Positions 11,273 to 26,267 of a stretch of DNA of 64,000 bases are shown here, piece by piece. Where the stretch lies: assembly GCF_001194135.2 (NCBI RefSeq), contig NC_068982.1:5077691-5141690 (forward strand). The letters run 5' to 3'. Position numbers and translations under genes: made by a program. The notes under the pieces were generated by a model. The model ran no database searches. It had not been told where the DNA came from and saw only the letters and a list, made by a program, of their open reading frames with translations. How positions within the stretch are numbered: the first letter of the stretch is position 1; each line of letters starts with the position of its first letter. The DNA comes from Octopus bimaculoides. Its lineage: Eukaryota.

Positions 11273-14200
11273 GCCCTTAAACTTCCTAAAATATCCTTTC
11301 TACAAAAGGCCTGAAAAATGGAGGGAGGGGGGGGGGGCTAGTCAATTACATCAACCCTAATTTACTGACCCTGAAGGGAGGAAAGACACAGTCAACCTTA
11401 GTGGAACTTGAACTCAATGTCAAGCCAGAAGAAATATTGCTAAGCATTCGTCCAGCCAGGTAACAATTCTGCCAGCTCACCACCTTTAGATTTCCTCAAA
11501 TATCAAGACTTCTGATTATAACAGTGTGAACATTTAACTAACCTCTGCCACCCAATGGTCATACCATGATTTGAACTTATGGCCATGCAATATCAGCATA
11601 CTAATGCAATAATCTCGTAGCCAAAGTATTTATGAAATAAACACTCTGCTCTCCTTTATTTCATTTTCTAATTGCATAACTCATCCATCATACTTTTGAT
11701 GTCTTACTTCATTTTCTCCAATCTTGACTTAAAACTGTTCAAATTAAAGGCCATGTTAGGAAACTGTCACACATAGGGAATCATTTTTTTAAATTATAGT
11801 CAGTGAAAATATCAAATAGTGCCACAATTAATTATAGGAAATTATAGGCAATAAAATTATTTATAATAAAACACTAAACGATATTATCAAAAATGATCTT
11901 TCATTTCTTCTAATTAGCAGTTGTATAAAATATAAATAATTTACATTAACTGTGATTAACAGTTGCTAAGGTTTAAACCTAAAAATATTACAAGACACAA
12001 CTTCTACTGCTTTGAGCCATTGTTTCATTGAGACGGGTTTAATTGCAACTGCTTAAATTCTGTCAGAATATGGCTTTCAAATCGTGGCACAAATTTTTGC
12101 CCAGCAATTTCAGGGTAAGGAAATAAGCTGATTACATTGACCCCAGTATCCAACTGGTACTTATTTTATTGATCCTGAAAGGATGGTATTAATTTTATCA
12201 ACTTTGAAGTTGACCTTGGTGGTATTTGAACTCAGAATGTAAAGACAGACGAAATGTTACTAAGCATTTTGCCCTGCATGCAAAGGATTCTGTCAATTCC
12301 CTGTTTGTATCAGAATATTGACAGGTCTTTAGACTTGAGAAGCAATTTAGTCAAACCACAACATTGTACATTGTAGCAACAGTCTAGTTCAGTATCATAT
12401 TTCTAACAATTCTTTAAATTACATTACTCTTTTCCCGTTACCAAGAAATTTCTTGAAACAAACTTATAAAAAGTAGTTTGAATTATTGCCACTTGACTGG
12501 CTCCCATGCCGGTGGAACATAAAAAGCACCATTCAAGCATAGTTGATGCCAGTGCCACGTAGAAAACACCCACTACACTCTCAGAGTGGTTGGTGTTAGG
12601 AAGGGCATCCAGCTGTAGAAACCTTGCCAGATCAGATTGGAGCCTGGTGCAGCCTTCTAGCTTGCCAATCCTCAGTCAAACCATCCAACCCATGCCAGCA
12701 AGGTAAATGGACGCTAAACGATGGTGATGATGATGATGATGATGATGAACAAAGCAAGGATTGAATAAACAGGCTCTCACTATGTTTTGTCTTGTTTTGT
12801 ATTTTTTTTTGTGTAAGTTTCATTTAGTGAGTTGAGGTCAAACTGGTGGAAGTTCCTTTTATTCTTTTACTTGTTTCAGTCAATGGACAATGGCCATGCT
12901 GGGGCACCACCTTGAAGAATTTTTGTCCAACGAATCAACCACAGGACTTGTTTTCCTTTTTAAGCCTGGAACTTGACCCATTGGTCTCGTTTGCCAAACC
13001 ACTAAATTATGGGGATGTAAACATACCAACACCAGTAGTCAAGCAGTGAGGCAAGAAGGGACACACATACACAACAGGCTTCTTTCAGTTTCCACCAACC
13101 AAATTCACTCACAAGGCTTTGGTCGTCCCGATGCTATAGTAGAAGACACTTGCCCAAGTTGCCATGGAATGGGACTGAACCCGAAACCATGTGGTTGGGA
13201 AGTAAGCTACTTACCACACAGACACACCTATATATATGACAGCCTTCTTTCAGTTTCCATCTACCAAATCCATTCACAAGGTTTTTGTCGGCCTGAGGCT
13301 ACAGCAGAAGACACTTTCCCAAAGTTCCACGAAGTGGGACTGAACCCAGAACCATGTTGTTGGGAAGCAAGCTCCTTACCGCACAGCCATGTGTAGAGAA
13401 ATTCAAATTAGTTATTAGTTAAATATAGAAATATGAGATTTGCTAATTATCTAGCTGCCATCACATCAGAAATATGCAATATGAGATTCTGCATAATGGT
13501 ACAAACCCAAACTGTATTTCGTTTCAGCTTTATCTTGCACTTATATTTAATTTCTATCATTTCTATCCGCCAAGTGTATTAACTTGTGATTTTTCTCAAT
13601 AAAGCTATAAAGAGATACAAAGAGAACAAAATGTTTGATACACGTGAGTGAGGTTTAAGCATCTTAAGCCTGGCTCTTTTGATCAGAGTAGAGAAGATAC
13701 AACAGCACTGATATTAGACATGTAAAGTGAATGAATTAGCTGCCGAGTAAAGAAGGAGGACACCAAAGTGAATTAAGAGTTAAGATGAGATAGAAAGACT
13801 TAAGAGGAGAGAGGAAGCGAGAAAAAGTCATAGGGAAACAAATTATCAAACCTGCAGAGATAAAGGACCACATAGGCAAGATTGAGATTAAGAATATAGA
13901 AGGACAATGACCGAAAGTATTAAATCTGATGGATCACAATCTTGCTCATCTCTGCAAGCCTAGAGTATGCCTCTATGTGGTCATTCAACTTACTAGAAAT
14001 AGCAGCCAGACCTCCCTCAAGTCACATCTTATTTTATTAGAAGGTAGGCATTATGTAATGTAATTCTTACCACTCTATGGGCGAAAAAAAAAATGGTATG
14101 GTCTTGATTGAAATAAAGTTGCTTGACCAGAGCTGAAGAGGGACTAAGCAACAAAAACAACATGTTGTAATATTGATTTCAAACTTTGGCACAAGGCTAG

Positions 14201-16854
14201 TAGTTTCATGGGAGGAGGCTAAGTCGATTACATTGACCCCAGTTCATGACTGGTGCTTATTTTATCGATCTCAAAAGGATGAAAGGCATAGTCGATCTCG
14301 GCTGAATTTGTACTCAGAACGTAAAGACAGACAAAATGCAATTAAGCATGTTGCCTGGTGTGCTAACAATTCTGCCAGCTCACTGCCTTGCAACATGTTG
14401 TAATATTGAGCAGTTCAACAATAAGTATTAGTGGAAGCCAAGAAAATAATAACTAGCACCAATCATCATCATCATCATCGTTTAGCGTCCATTTTCCATG
14501 CTGGCATGGGTTGGACGGTTTGACTGAGGTCTGGAGAGCCAGAAGGCTGCACCAGTCCCCAATCTGATCTGGTTGAGTTTCTACAGCTGGATGTCCTTCC
14601 TAACGCCAACCACTCCAATAGTATAGTGGGTACTTTTTACATGTCACCAGTACAGGAGTCAGTCACACGGGCCTGGCATCGATCACGTTCGGATAGTGCT
14701 TTTTACTTGCCACTGGCATGGGAGCCAGTCAGGGAGTACTGGCATCGGCTACGTTCAGATGGTGCTTGTTATGTGTCACCGGCACGGGGGCCAGTTTATT
14801 ACATTCAAATATCATAACGGTTATACATTGGTATGTTTTATTTCACGATGAAGTCTGCTCGCAAAAACATTACCATGGTAATGATTAATAACGAAACGTG
14901 TAAAAAAAAAACCGATTGTGTTTCGTGCGATGGAGTTATTTCTTTCCGACTAATGCAAGGATTAATTAAACTATTGCTATCAAGTACAAATAAAAAGAAA
15001 ATAACTAAACAAAAATCAGTAACAAAGAAGATAAATACAACTTAATCAGCACTATTGATTAGTGACTATGTAATTAGCATTTAGTGTGACAAGAATACAA
15101 TCTAAAGATAAAATGAGACCCATTTAAATTTTCAGTAAGACAAGGGAGAAGGACTGAAAATTAACTTTGCGGGGTCAGGAAAGAACAAAATACATAGATT
15201 CAGATTTTAGCAGAAGGCCGGTAATTTTGAGGGGAGGGGCAAGTCAATTACATTGACCCTAGTTCTCACCTGGTATTGATTTTATTGAGCCTGGAAGGAT
15301 GAAAGGTGAAGTTGGTGAGATTTAAATTCGGTACAGACAAAATGCTAATGAGCATTTTGTGCAGCATGCTAAAAATTCTACCAGCTCGCTAACCGAAATT
15401 TTTCCAAGATTGTAATAAAAAAAATCCCCAGCAAATACATTCTCTGGCACAGGCCCTGCCACCACCACTCCCAAAGATGTCTCTAAATCTGCTATTGATA
15501 GCTTCTTTCAGTTTGTCTACCAAATCCACTCACAAAGCTCTGGTCAGCCCGAGGCTATAGTAGAAGACAGTTTCCCAAGGTGCCACGCAGTGGAACTGAA
15601 CCTAGAACCATGTGGTTGGGAAGCAAGTTTCTCACCACACAGCCACTCCATTGCTAGCTAAAGGAAAAACAAATTAAAAGTAGAAATATTCATGGGAGGA
15701 AAATTCAAATTTTACCATATCCATTGTGTTGCTAACCAAGTATATAACTCTGCAAGCTCTTTAGTATAGGATGGTGTGAAACAGGTTCCACTCCTACTTC
15801 ACGGCTGAGTAATTAGCTAAAGGAAGGTTAGCTATAAAAACAACTGTTCCAACAAAAATCCTTGCACCTATACAAGCATGGAAAATTAATGCAAAACAAT
15901 GAAAGAAAAATACAGATTCTGACAATGAATGCTAGCATTTAAGAGAAAAACAGACAACTTAATTGATAACATAATATCAGGTGATGAAAATTATGCTAAT
16001 ATTTATAGTGTGCAGCTGTGCAGTTAGTTTACTATTTGTTAATCTACAGCGATGCCAATCTACTGTTTGGTAGTGCAAGTAAATACAATTCAAAATCACT
16101 GAAAAAGAATGAAAACAAAAAGTGTTTATGCAGCTTCTTTTTGAAATTTCAAAATAGTCTAATGTCTCTTGATGTTTATGGATAAGATTTTTCCCTTTCA
16201 TTTTCTTCTCTTGTTTGTCATTGCTTTTAACATCCACTTTACAATGTTTACATGGGTTGGGCAGAGCTTGTTTTGGAAACTTTTCTACAGCTGGATGCCT
16301 TTCCTGTTGCCAGCGCTTACATGTTTCCAAGGGAGGTAATAATCCTTTCTACTATAGGTACAAGACATGAAATTCTGTGAGATGGGTTACGTCAATTACA
16401 TTGACCCCCCAGTGATAAACTGATACCTTTTTCATCGACCCTGAAAGGATGAATTGCAAAGTCAACTTTGACAGAATTTGAACCAAGAACATGAAGACAG
16501 ATGAAAGGGTGCTAAGCATTTTGCCCAGCATGCTAACAATTCTGAAACTCACCAGTTTCAAGTATGTTAATAATGATATTCATTTAGAATAGGCAGACAA
16601 TCTTTTCTATTCTAGGTACAAGGCCTGAATGTTTTGGGGAGGGGTCCAGTTGATTAGATCGACCCCAGTATGCCACTGGTACTTAATTTATCAACCCTGA
16701 AAGTATGAAAGGCAAAGTCGACCTTGGAGAATTTGAACTCAGAATGTAAAGACAGACAAAATACCGCTAAGCATTTCGCCTGGCGTGCTAACATTTCTGC
16801 TAGCTCGCTGCCTTAGAATAGGCAGACATTGACAAGACAAGGAGATACAAACGT

Positions 16855-16888
<34 letters not shown>

Positions 16889-18249
16889 ACATAGTCATGA
16901 TAGATGTCTTTCAGTTTCTGTCTACCAAATCCACTCATAAGGCTTTGGTTGTAGAAGACATGTCCCCAAGGTGCTATGGTTTCAGCACACAACCTCACAA
17001 ACTGAAAGTAGTCAGTAAAAAGTTCATATCATTCACCAGCGCAAACAGTGGGAGTATTGTGAAACTGGTGAGTATTTCAGTGGTTTGAAATGCAAGTTCA
17101 ACTCCTCCAGTCCCGCCTGACTAGGACCCGTGCCAGTGGCACGTAAAAAGCATCCACTATACTATTGGAGTGGTTGGCGTTAGGAAGGGCATCCAGCTGT
17201 AGAAGCTTTGCCAAATCAGATTAGAGCCTGGTGCAGCTTTCCAACTTGTAAATCCTCAGTCAAACTGTCCAACCCATGCCGGCATGGAAAGTGGACGTTA
17301 AACGACAACAACGATGATGATGATATCACTGACTTCTTCTGTACTGATCATTTTTGAGGGAGTCACTTACTTGTCCAATATCTAAAAAAAAAAAAAAAAC
17401 TAGCACTCCATTGGTAAGAATGATGGAGGTTTCAGTTGTTCCAATCAATGGAACAGCCTACCCATGAAATTAATGAGCAAGTGTTTGAGTACTCCACAGA
17501 TATGTGTACCCTTAACATAGCTCTCAGGATATTCTGTGTGACACAGCATGCGACAAGGCTGGTCCTTTGAAATATAGGTATTACTCATTTTTGTCAGCTG
17601 AATGGACAGAAGTAAGGTAAAATAAAAAGTCTTGCTCAAGAACATAACATTCCACCAGGAATTGAACTCACAATCTTACAATTGTGAGCGAAATACCCTA
17701 ATGACTAACACACAGGCCTTCACTTCCAATAGCTTCTCATCTTTCGAATCACTGCCGCATAGAATTATATATTATATCAGTTTGTGACAGCTATTGAGAT
17801 CTAGGTGGATAGGTGACCTCAGCCACTAATAAATAGTCAAGTGATATATTGCAGTGCCAATCTGAGGGTATGAACAGCTAATGTCTTGGTTATCTGCCAC
17901 AGAATCAACTTAGCACCTGCTCTTGCATAAAAATCAGCTGCATTTATTTAACGTGTAATATTCTGGGAGTGATTCATGGTTTAATGACTCAGAACACAGA
18001 GTTATCAACTATCGTTATTATAACGAGAGTGCATTGGCAATATGCAAATTTGGATTAAGCTTAGCACATTTTATGAAATTCTACATACAAATATGAAAGT
18101 CATCGTCGTCATCATCATTTAACGTCTGCTTTCCATGCTAGCATGGGTTGGACAGTTTGACTGGGGACCGGCAAGCCAGGAGGCTGTATGAAGCTCCAAT
18201 CTGATCTGGCAGAGTTTCTACAGCTGGATGCCCTTCCTAACACCAACCA

Positions 18250-18580
18250 CTCCAAGAGTGCCGTGGGTGCTTTTTACGTGCCACTGGCACATGAGCTACT
18301 CAGGCAGCACTGGCACCAGCCACACTCAAATGGTGTTTTTTTATATGCCGGTCAGGTGGCTCTGGCACCAGCCAAGCTTGAGTGGTGCATTTTATGTGCC
18401 ACCAGCATGGGTGCCAGTCAGGCGGCACTGGCATAGGCCACACTCGAGTGGTGCATTTTATGCGTCACTGGTATGGGTGCCAGTCAGGTGACACTGGCAC
18501 CAGCCATACTCAAATGGTGCTTTTTACGTTCCACCGGCACAGGTGCCAGTCAGGTGTCACTGACATTGGCCCCAACTACA
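18250..18580 (-). repeat. About 60-bp minisatellite (about 5 units) forming the 5' part of family A
   Basis: Unit is approximately ggtgctttttacgtgccaccggcacgggtgccagtcaggcggcactggcaccagccacactcgagt. Shorter arrays occur at 4520-4720 and 14620-14795. Confidence 0.8.
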
Positions 18581-19319
18581 ATTTCAAATACCTTAGAAAG
18601 GGCAGATATTTTATACCAGTTATAAAATAAATATCAACCAAGAAGTAAACGCTTGCAGAGAAACTAGCAGAAGCGTAGAGCTCCGAATTATTTCTTTAAA
18701 TGTCACAAATGCAATATCTGAGCCATATGAAGAGAAAACACTTCAAAAACTTGAAGCAACAAGAAAAAAAAAAAAGAAACATTTTGAATGAAAGTACACA
18801 AAAATGTAATTTAATAGCAAAAGCCTTTGATACAAAGTTAGATGAAATCATGTGGGTACTTAAAAAAAAAAAAAAACCAAAAGAAGAAATGTAGACCGAT
18901 GACGAAAATACAGCATTAGGTAGAAGGAAAATAATAGAGAACAGCCTATAACAGAGATGAAGAATATTCTCACATGATCTCAAACTGAAAGTTGGCTTTC
19001 TGAGTCATTTTGTGTAAAGAGAAGCACTAAAGTAGTACTTTTGCAACTAGTAAATGCAACTAGTAAAAAATAATATCAAAAGTTAGCAAAATATAATCTG
19101 ATACTTTCACCACGAGGAATTCTTTTTGTTTTTTCTGATACCATGCCAACAGATGGGTGGAGTGATGCCTGTGCAGTTACATATTCTGCTTTGCAACTAC
19201 CTGGCTCTTAGTTCAGTTCCACTGCACAGCATCTTGGACATGGGGTTTTATCATAACATCAGATTAACCAACATTTTGAGAGTGAAATTTTGTTGACAAA
19301 TACTATATGAAAACCTGTC

Positions 19320-19351
<32 letters not shown>

Positions 19352-19406
19352 ATATATACACATGCACACATACATGCACAAATATAATTAGGCTTGATAC
19401 ACACAA

Positions 19407-19465
<59 letters not shown>

Positions 19466-20555
19466 AATATAAATTTTTTTACATAGAGCATAAAAAATAC
19501 AGAATGCTTAGAAGAAAGCAGATAATTTCTTAACTCAACACCTGTTTCAGGAAGCTCAGTGTTATGGAATAATTGTAATATTCATAATTTGCAGATGGAA
19601 TATGTAAAAAGTCTATAATGTGCAACCAGTAAATATATGATATTGTTCAGTTTTATTTCAAGATTTCTTGCCAATAGAGAAACGGGAAGAAGTAATTGAA
19701 GTAGATGGTGAATATGCTCCAGAATAATCATTTAAAGATGTTTTTGTTAAAGATGTTGTTACTGATTTTGTTGAATAAAATTTATTGAAAAAAAGCCACA
19801 ATAATTATGCACCAACGCAATGGATGCCCATCTGATGCTGTATGGCATTGAATGCATGTTCTGCTATTTGGAATTGTTAGCATGCTGGGCTAAAGGTTTA
19901 GCAGCATTTCTTCCGTCTTTACGTTTTGAGTTCAAATTCTACCAATGCCCCTTTGCCTTTAATCCTTTCAGGGTCAATAAAATAAGTGTTAGTTTAGTAC
20001 TGGGGCTCAGTATAATCGACTTAACCCCTCCCCTCAAATTTCTGGCCTTGTGCCAAAATTTGATTTTGATATTCAGACAGTTTGTGTATGTTTGATGCCT
20101 CTGTGGTGGACACTTCAGAAAGATGCATTCAGTGTTTAACCATATTTGATTCTTTAGCATTCACCGAAAGAAATTAACAAAGATTTCAACTCAATGTCTA
20201 AATTAATATTTTGGAATGTGAGAAGGTTTTAAATTTACTCATATTTGACAAAACCTTTGGCGATTTGCTGTGCTTGAGAAGACTCCTCAAGCCAAGTGAA
20301 ATTGTAGTCCTGGACAGTGCTGATGACACGTCATAGGCACCTGTGCCAGTGACACATAAAAGGCACCCACTACACACTTGGAGTGGTTGGCATTAGGAAG
20401 GGGGTCCAGCCATAGAAACCAAGCTAAAATCAGACTGGAGCCTGGCACTGTGGTTTATGAGTTCCAATCAAATTGTCTCGCCCATGCCAACATGGAATAC
20501 GGATGCTAGATAATGATGATGATGATGATGGTTGAATGAAAAGTAAAAGACAGCA

Positions 20556-20800
20556 GGGGCATATGGCGTAGTGGTTAAGAGCACAGGCTACTAACCCCAA
20601 GATTCCAAGTTCAATTCCAGGCAGTGACCTGAATAATAATAACAATAACAACAACAACATCAAAAAATAGATTAGGAATGAGAACCCAGGTTCGAAATCT
20701 CCCCAAGACACCTATTGAAGGCTGTAGGGTATATCAGCTGAAACGTGTTAACAATAAACAAGATAAGGACAAATATCCGTCAAATGTAAATAATGTAAAT
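20556..20800 (+). mobile_element. Near full-length family D element: tRNA-like head, (AAT/AAC)n spacer, tail with degenerate hammerhead
   Basis: A box tggcgtagtgg and B box gttcaattcc, anticodon-like loop ctactaa, then (aat)n. The tail ccccaagacacCTATTGAaggctgtagggtatatcagctGAAAcgtgtt at about 20707-20750 has a mutated core. Confidence 0.8.
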
Positions 20801-23800
20801 AAAGCAGTGCTATTTGTCTTTTACCCTGCAGAGGTGTTATAAATAAATGAGTAATGCACTTCACTGTCCATTTGTATTCCTCTAAATGAACTTGGACAGT
20901 GTCAGCACAACAAACTAATTAGTATAAAGCGATTTAACTCACTGAATTTAAGTTAGGAGGAACAGTGCTTCTAAGAAACCATTGAAGTAAAAAAATTCTT
21001 AATTAAAAAACACCATTCAAACCAAGCATCTCTTAAAATATTCTGCCTATGCTTAATAGCAACAAGATCTACCTTTGAATAACTTCTGATGATCTACAAA
21101 CTAAGCATTACAAGTTTAAGTTTTAAATCGTAGAAAACATTAATGAAGCAGAATGGTCTTGGAATACTGGGAAAAAAATTCTTTAACAAACTATCTTTGT
21201 GTTATAGACTCACTGAAGCTAATCAACAACAAAGAATTTACTTGGAAAATTTAACAGGCATTTTTGCACAGCTCTCAAGATGTAGTTATATTAATATACC
21301 AGAAAGGTTAACTTGATTCGAAATCGAAAGAAGTGCTTCTTGTTTTTTAAGTAAATTCTTTAATCATTTAAAGTAAAAGAAACACTCAAAACATTCTTCC
21401 TCTTGAAGTTAGAAGCGAAAAGTTCTAAAGTTAACCACAATCACATTTCAGCTGTAAAGGTCTCATAAATTACTTCTTACCTTGGTATTTTATTATCAAT
21501 ATTTCTCAAGCGGATTTTTTTAATCTTTCCTTAAGAGAAATACTTGCTGTTGATGTGGTTCATATTGATTTAGACTTTTAGTTAAATGACAATTGCTTAA
21601 CATCTAATGGCTTTATATATGTGTGTGAGCCAGATTCTTGGATTGAATTAAGATTTCAAAGCAAAGCTTTGACAAAAAAAAAAGAAAAAAAAAAAGAATC
21701 AATTACAGAATCACCTCTTAATAGTATTCTTCCAATCATGGTGCTGGGTATGATATACGTGCAAAGTATGGTGTCTGATTGATTCCATTTCAGACATTCA
21801 AGTAAGTCAACCAATGGTTTTCTTCTTGGTCAGTGTTAACGCTGAGTAATTCTCTACAAGCAATGGTCAGACTTCAATGACACTGAAACATCATGGAGTA
21901 TTAACATCAATCCGGAGTGGAGGTGTGTGACTAGGATTCATAATCAAAAGGTTGTGGTTTTTGATTTTATGGACTGGGTGATGTGTTGTGTTCTAGAGCA
22001 AAGGAATTCATTTTACATTGCTCCGGTTCACTTGGCTGGCAAACGCGAGTAATCCTGTGATGGACCAGTGTCCAGTGCAGCAGGAGGAATATATGCACCA
22101 TGGAAACTAGGAAACTGGCCCTATTAGTCTATAATGACTCGGGAAGGACCTTTATCTTTGTTTGATCCCAACAATAATCCTGAGCCAAACAGTTGTCTTT
22201 AGTAAATTGAACAAACTTAAGGCAGCGAGCTGGCAGAAACGCTAGCATGCTGGGCAAAATTCTGAGTTCAAATTCTGCCAAGGTCGACTTTGCCTTTCCT
22301 CCTTTCAGGGTCGATAAACTAAGTCCCAGTTGCATACTGAGGTCAATCTAATCGGATGGCCCCTGCTCCTCAAACATTTCAGGCCTTGTGCCTAAAGTAG
22401 AAAAGAAACGTTAGCATGTTGGGTGAAATGCTTAGCAGTGTTTCGTCTGTCTTTACGTTCTGAGTTCAAATTCCGCCGAGGTCAACTTTGCCTTTCATCC
22501 TTTCAGGATTGATAAATTAAGAACCAGTTATGTACTGGGGTCAATCTAATTGACTGGCCACCTCCCCCAAAATTTCAGGCCTTGTGCCTAGAGTAGAAAA
22601 TGAATTAAAACAAACTTGTGGGTCCTTTAAAATGAGTCATAAATTATTTTTAATGACAACTATTTTTTTTTTTTGAAGTAATAGATTAAAATTCATTTAA
22701 AAAATAAAACCAAAACAAAACTAACTAAGGTATCAGAGCTAATGTATCCCCAGTAACCTGTGGTATATTTTTGATAATAGTAAGAAATAAGACAGATAAA
22801 TCAAAAGATTTTTCCTTTGGTATAGATTTACAAAATAACTGCATATTTCTCACAGCAGAAATATTGGAAACAAAAGAGACCGTATTAATGCACTAATATG
22901 TTAACGTTAGCCATGATCCAAACTGCCACAGAAGAATTTCATGCAATATTTATAATGCATCATCACCACCACCACCACCACCACCATCATAATCATCATC
23001 GTCGTCATCATCACCACCATCATAATCATCATCATCGTCATTTCAGTATTCTTACTATTATTGTGCTTTTACTGCATAACTGAATGCACCTCTGTGTAAC
23101 TTGGCTGTGTGCAGTGGTTTGTTTTGGTTTTCTATTCCATTGAAAATGTTCTCCATAATCCGTGTGTGTGTATGTGTGTGTGTGTGTGTGTATGTGTGTG
23201 TAGTGCTCGGTGGAGCTGTTTCTCACTATGCTGTGGACATGTTTCATGCCCCATTCTTCCCTTTCGTATTAATCTACATCATTGTTTTATCATTCCCAGT
23301 TCTATTACTGCAATTGCTTCCGTGTGTCCCATTCCTACGTTCTGCTTAGCACCATCCCTAGATCTCGACATTTATTCTTTCATTCTTTTACTGGATTCAA
23401 TCACTGTGCTACGACCATGCTGCAGCACACCTTCGAAATTTCAGTTGAGCATTTATTTCAGTTTGGCTTTGTCTTATTTTTATGAAAGCTCCAAGAACAC
23501 TACCATGCCTATGAATGTGTACATGTACATGCACACACACATACACACAAACACACACATGCACGCAAATATACATCTTTTATCTTTTAGGTGTTACAGT
23601 TATAAGACTGTGGCCATGCTGGAGCACAACCCTGAAGAATTTTAGAACAAATTGACCCCAGCATTTATTTTATTTTAAGCCTGCTTCTTATTATATTAGT
23701 TTCTTTTGCTAAACTGCTAAGTCAGAGGGATGTAAACACACCAACACCAGCTGGTCAAGAGGTGGTGGGGGTGCACAAACACAGACAATATTCTATTCAG

Positions 23801-23824
23801 CAGACATTAATAACAAAAACATTC

Positions 23825-24051
23825 TCTCCCACATTGCGCTGTTTAGGGACCAGCATGTCACAGAATGGACCTGCGCTCTGACCTCACAAAACCCTCTCCA
23901 GCAAGGACTACCCAAACAGAGCCCAGAGTTGGAGGGTTGTTGCCTGAGTGGGGCAAAGGTGTCACCTTCCAGGAATAGGGAATCGCCAAAACATGGTGGA
24001 TGCAGTGATGCACTGTTATAGCACATTCCCCCATACTACAACTACTACTAG

Positions 24052-24088
<37 letters not shown>

Positions 24089-24140
24089 GCTGCTACTACC
24101 ACTATTACTACTACTACTGTTGCTGCTACTACCACTAGTC
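23825..24140 (+). mobile_element. Probable RTE-like LINE 3' end with (ACT)n tail
   Basis: SKDYPNRAQSWRVVA*VGQRCHL resembles the A.DR..WR..V C-terminal motif and is followed by (act)n at about 24035-24135. Confidence 0.4.
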
Positions 24141-26121
24141 TCTCTGAACCTAGTCTTTACCTGTAATATTTGCATAGTTTTTCATTTGTTAACCATTTTT
24201 AAAAAGATATTTCAGACCATTGTATCACGGTGGTTTTTCAATAATAGTTTTTGGTTTTGTCTTTACACTGTTTGCTGTTTTTTTTTTTGCTTTTGCTCTT
24301 TTAAATTTGGCAGCGTTTTACATAATTCTCAATGAATGTAACTACCAACTTAGTCGTGTTTGTGAATATATTATAACTTCACCAAGAACAACTGGCTGGA
24401 GACAACAATGATAAATTGTTTCTAGATGGTTCCTATGTCGATATTTTATTCATTCAACCATTCTACCTCTCATAAGGAATAACGACCAGTGCAAGCAGAT
24501 TACTCAGCCTAGCAGGAGTAATTATCTGATCAACTGCTTAGAATGTTTTTATCATTAATTTTGAGAGATTTACACGATACAAAGAGGTTTAATTGCAAAG
24601 AAAGAATCAGAGAGGCTGAAAGTTTTAAAAGGTGTGGAAAATGAGAAGATATGTTTTCCACCTTTCCCAAAGGTATCAGAAGTGTAATCAAGTTAAAATA
24701 GCTTCACTTGAAAATCATAACTGTTTTACCATCTTTGGCTGCTGCAAACCACAATTATTTAATTAACAGGTCAATAGTTTTGAAAATTAGTAGCACCAGT
24801 AAAAGTAATAAAACTTTCCAATATAGTTCTACCTACACACGACATCAAACACTGGAAAATAGTGGAAAGAGAAGCAGACATCTGCTGTAGTGATCTATCC
24901 TTCCTGCCATTGCAAATAGAGACACTGTACAATTGACAAGCACCACACTGGACTGTCATAGTAAACTAACGTTCTTGTCTGAACAAAACCAGATATGACT
25001 GGTTTTAATGCTAAACGGTTAAATAATAGATATAATACATTTCTAAATCTCTGACAGATTTATACAGTAGTAACACGATAAAGTAGTAATATGTTGTCAA
25101 CTTAATGTGGCAGTCCCATGAAAGGGAAGAATGCTACTGTTATTTAGCCCCAGGAAGCACCACTTCCTGTCAGCCTTGACACATTTCTTGTGTCCTTATG
25201 TTTACAAAGGGGGAGATAAGCACCTCCACATGCATTTATAAGTGTGTCTATACACCCAATGTTTTCTTACATAAGTTCAAGGCCATATCATTTGCAGAAC
25301 TGACGTAGTTTCTATTCAAAGAAGACAAGTATATAACTGGTATTTTATTTCATCAACTCAAGAGAAATGATGTGGGGAAAAAAAATAACAAAACACCCGG
25401 TGTAGTGCAATGACAGCCAACCACTTAGCAAAGAGGGTGGATATTGCTACAAAAAACATGGCTCAAGTTAGACACCATTATTATAAATGGTAATGATAGT
25501 ATTGAAAACAACAAAAGAAATCATGATGCCAAAGATGATGATGATGACAATGATGATGATGATGATGGTGGTAGTGGTGGTGATGATGGTGATGATGACT
25601 TGACTTTCAGCCATTAGTAAAGGATACCAACTTTTCTCAACAGACAAAGGACTCATAGTTAAATAGTAGAGTTTAAGCTATATTTCCTGCATCAGAATAA
25701 ACTCTTTGGTAATAAACTTGAATTAATCTTCCAAAATTGTTTTCCTCGGAATAATATGTGAAGTCTGTTTTTTGTTTATATATTGTCAGAAAATTCTAAT
25801 ATGGAATCAAAGAAATAACATGTTCACAAAAGTCAAAAAGATATCATATTTTGTTATTGATTGCATTAATATTTATTAAATATCAAAAATCTGTCTTTAT
25901 AGATCAGTTTTCTTCAGAATAAATCCATGTTTATATTCATGGAAGCGTGTCTACACATGCATTCATGAGTGTGTCCATACACACACATGCATATCTTATA
26001 CATACATATATGTATATTTGTAAGGGGGGTCATATGTTTTATATATATATAAATATATATAAATACAAACATTCATATAGATTTATAGATATTTATGCAT
26101 TACATATTTAAGTATATGCTT

Positions 26122-26178
<57 letters not shown>

Positions 26179-26267
26179 TTATAAACATGGGTATGTTGTA
26201 TATGTATGTGTGTGTATATATGTGTGTGTGTATGTATGTATATATGTGTGTGTGTGTATCATCATCA

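Noticed and set aside
18250-18580. CRISPR-like repeat array
   Set aside because: Contiguous degenerate units with no unique spacers, no cas genes, and a eukaryotic SINE context.
18620-18990. Lysine-rich ORFs, possible transposase remnant
   Set aside because: Driven by poly-A runs, with no diagnostic motif.
20556-20632. Functional tRNA gene
   Set aside because: The acceptor stem does not close properly, there is no clean terminator, and the sequence continues into a repeat tail; treated as a SINE head.
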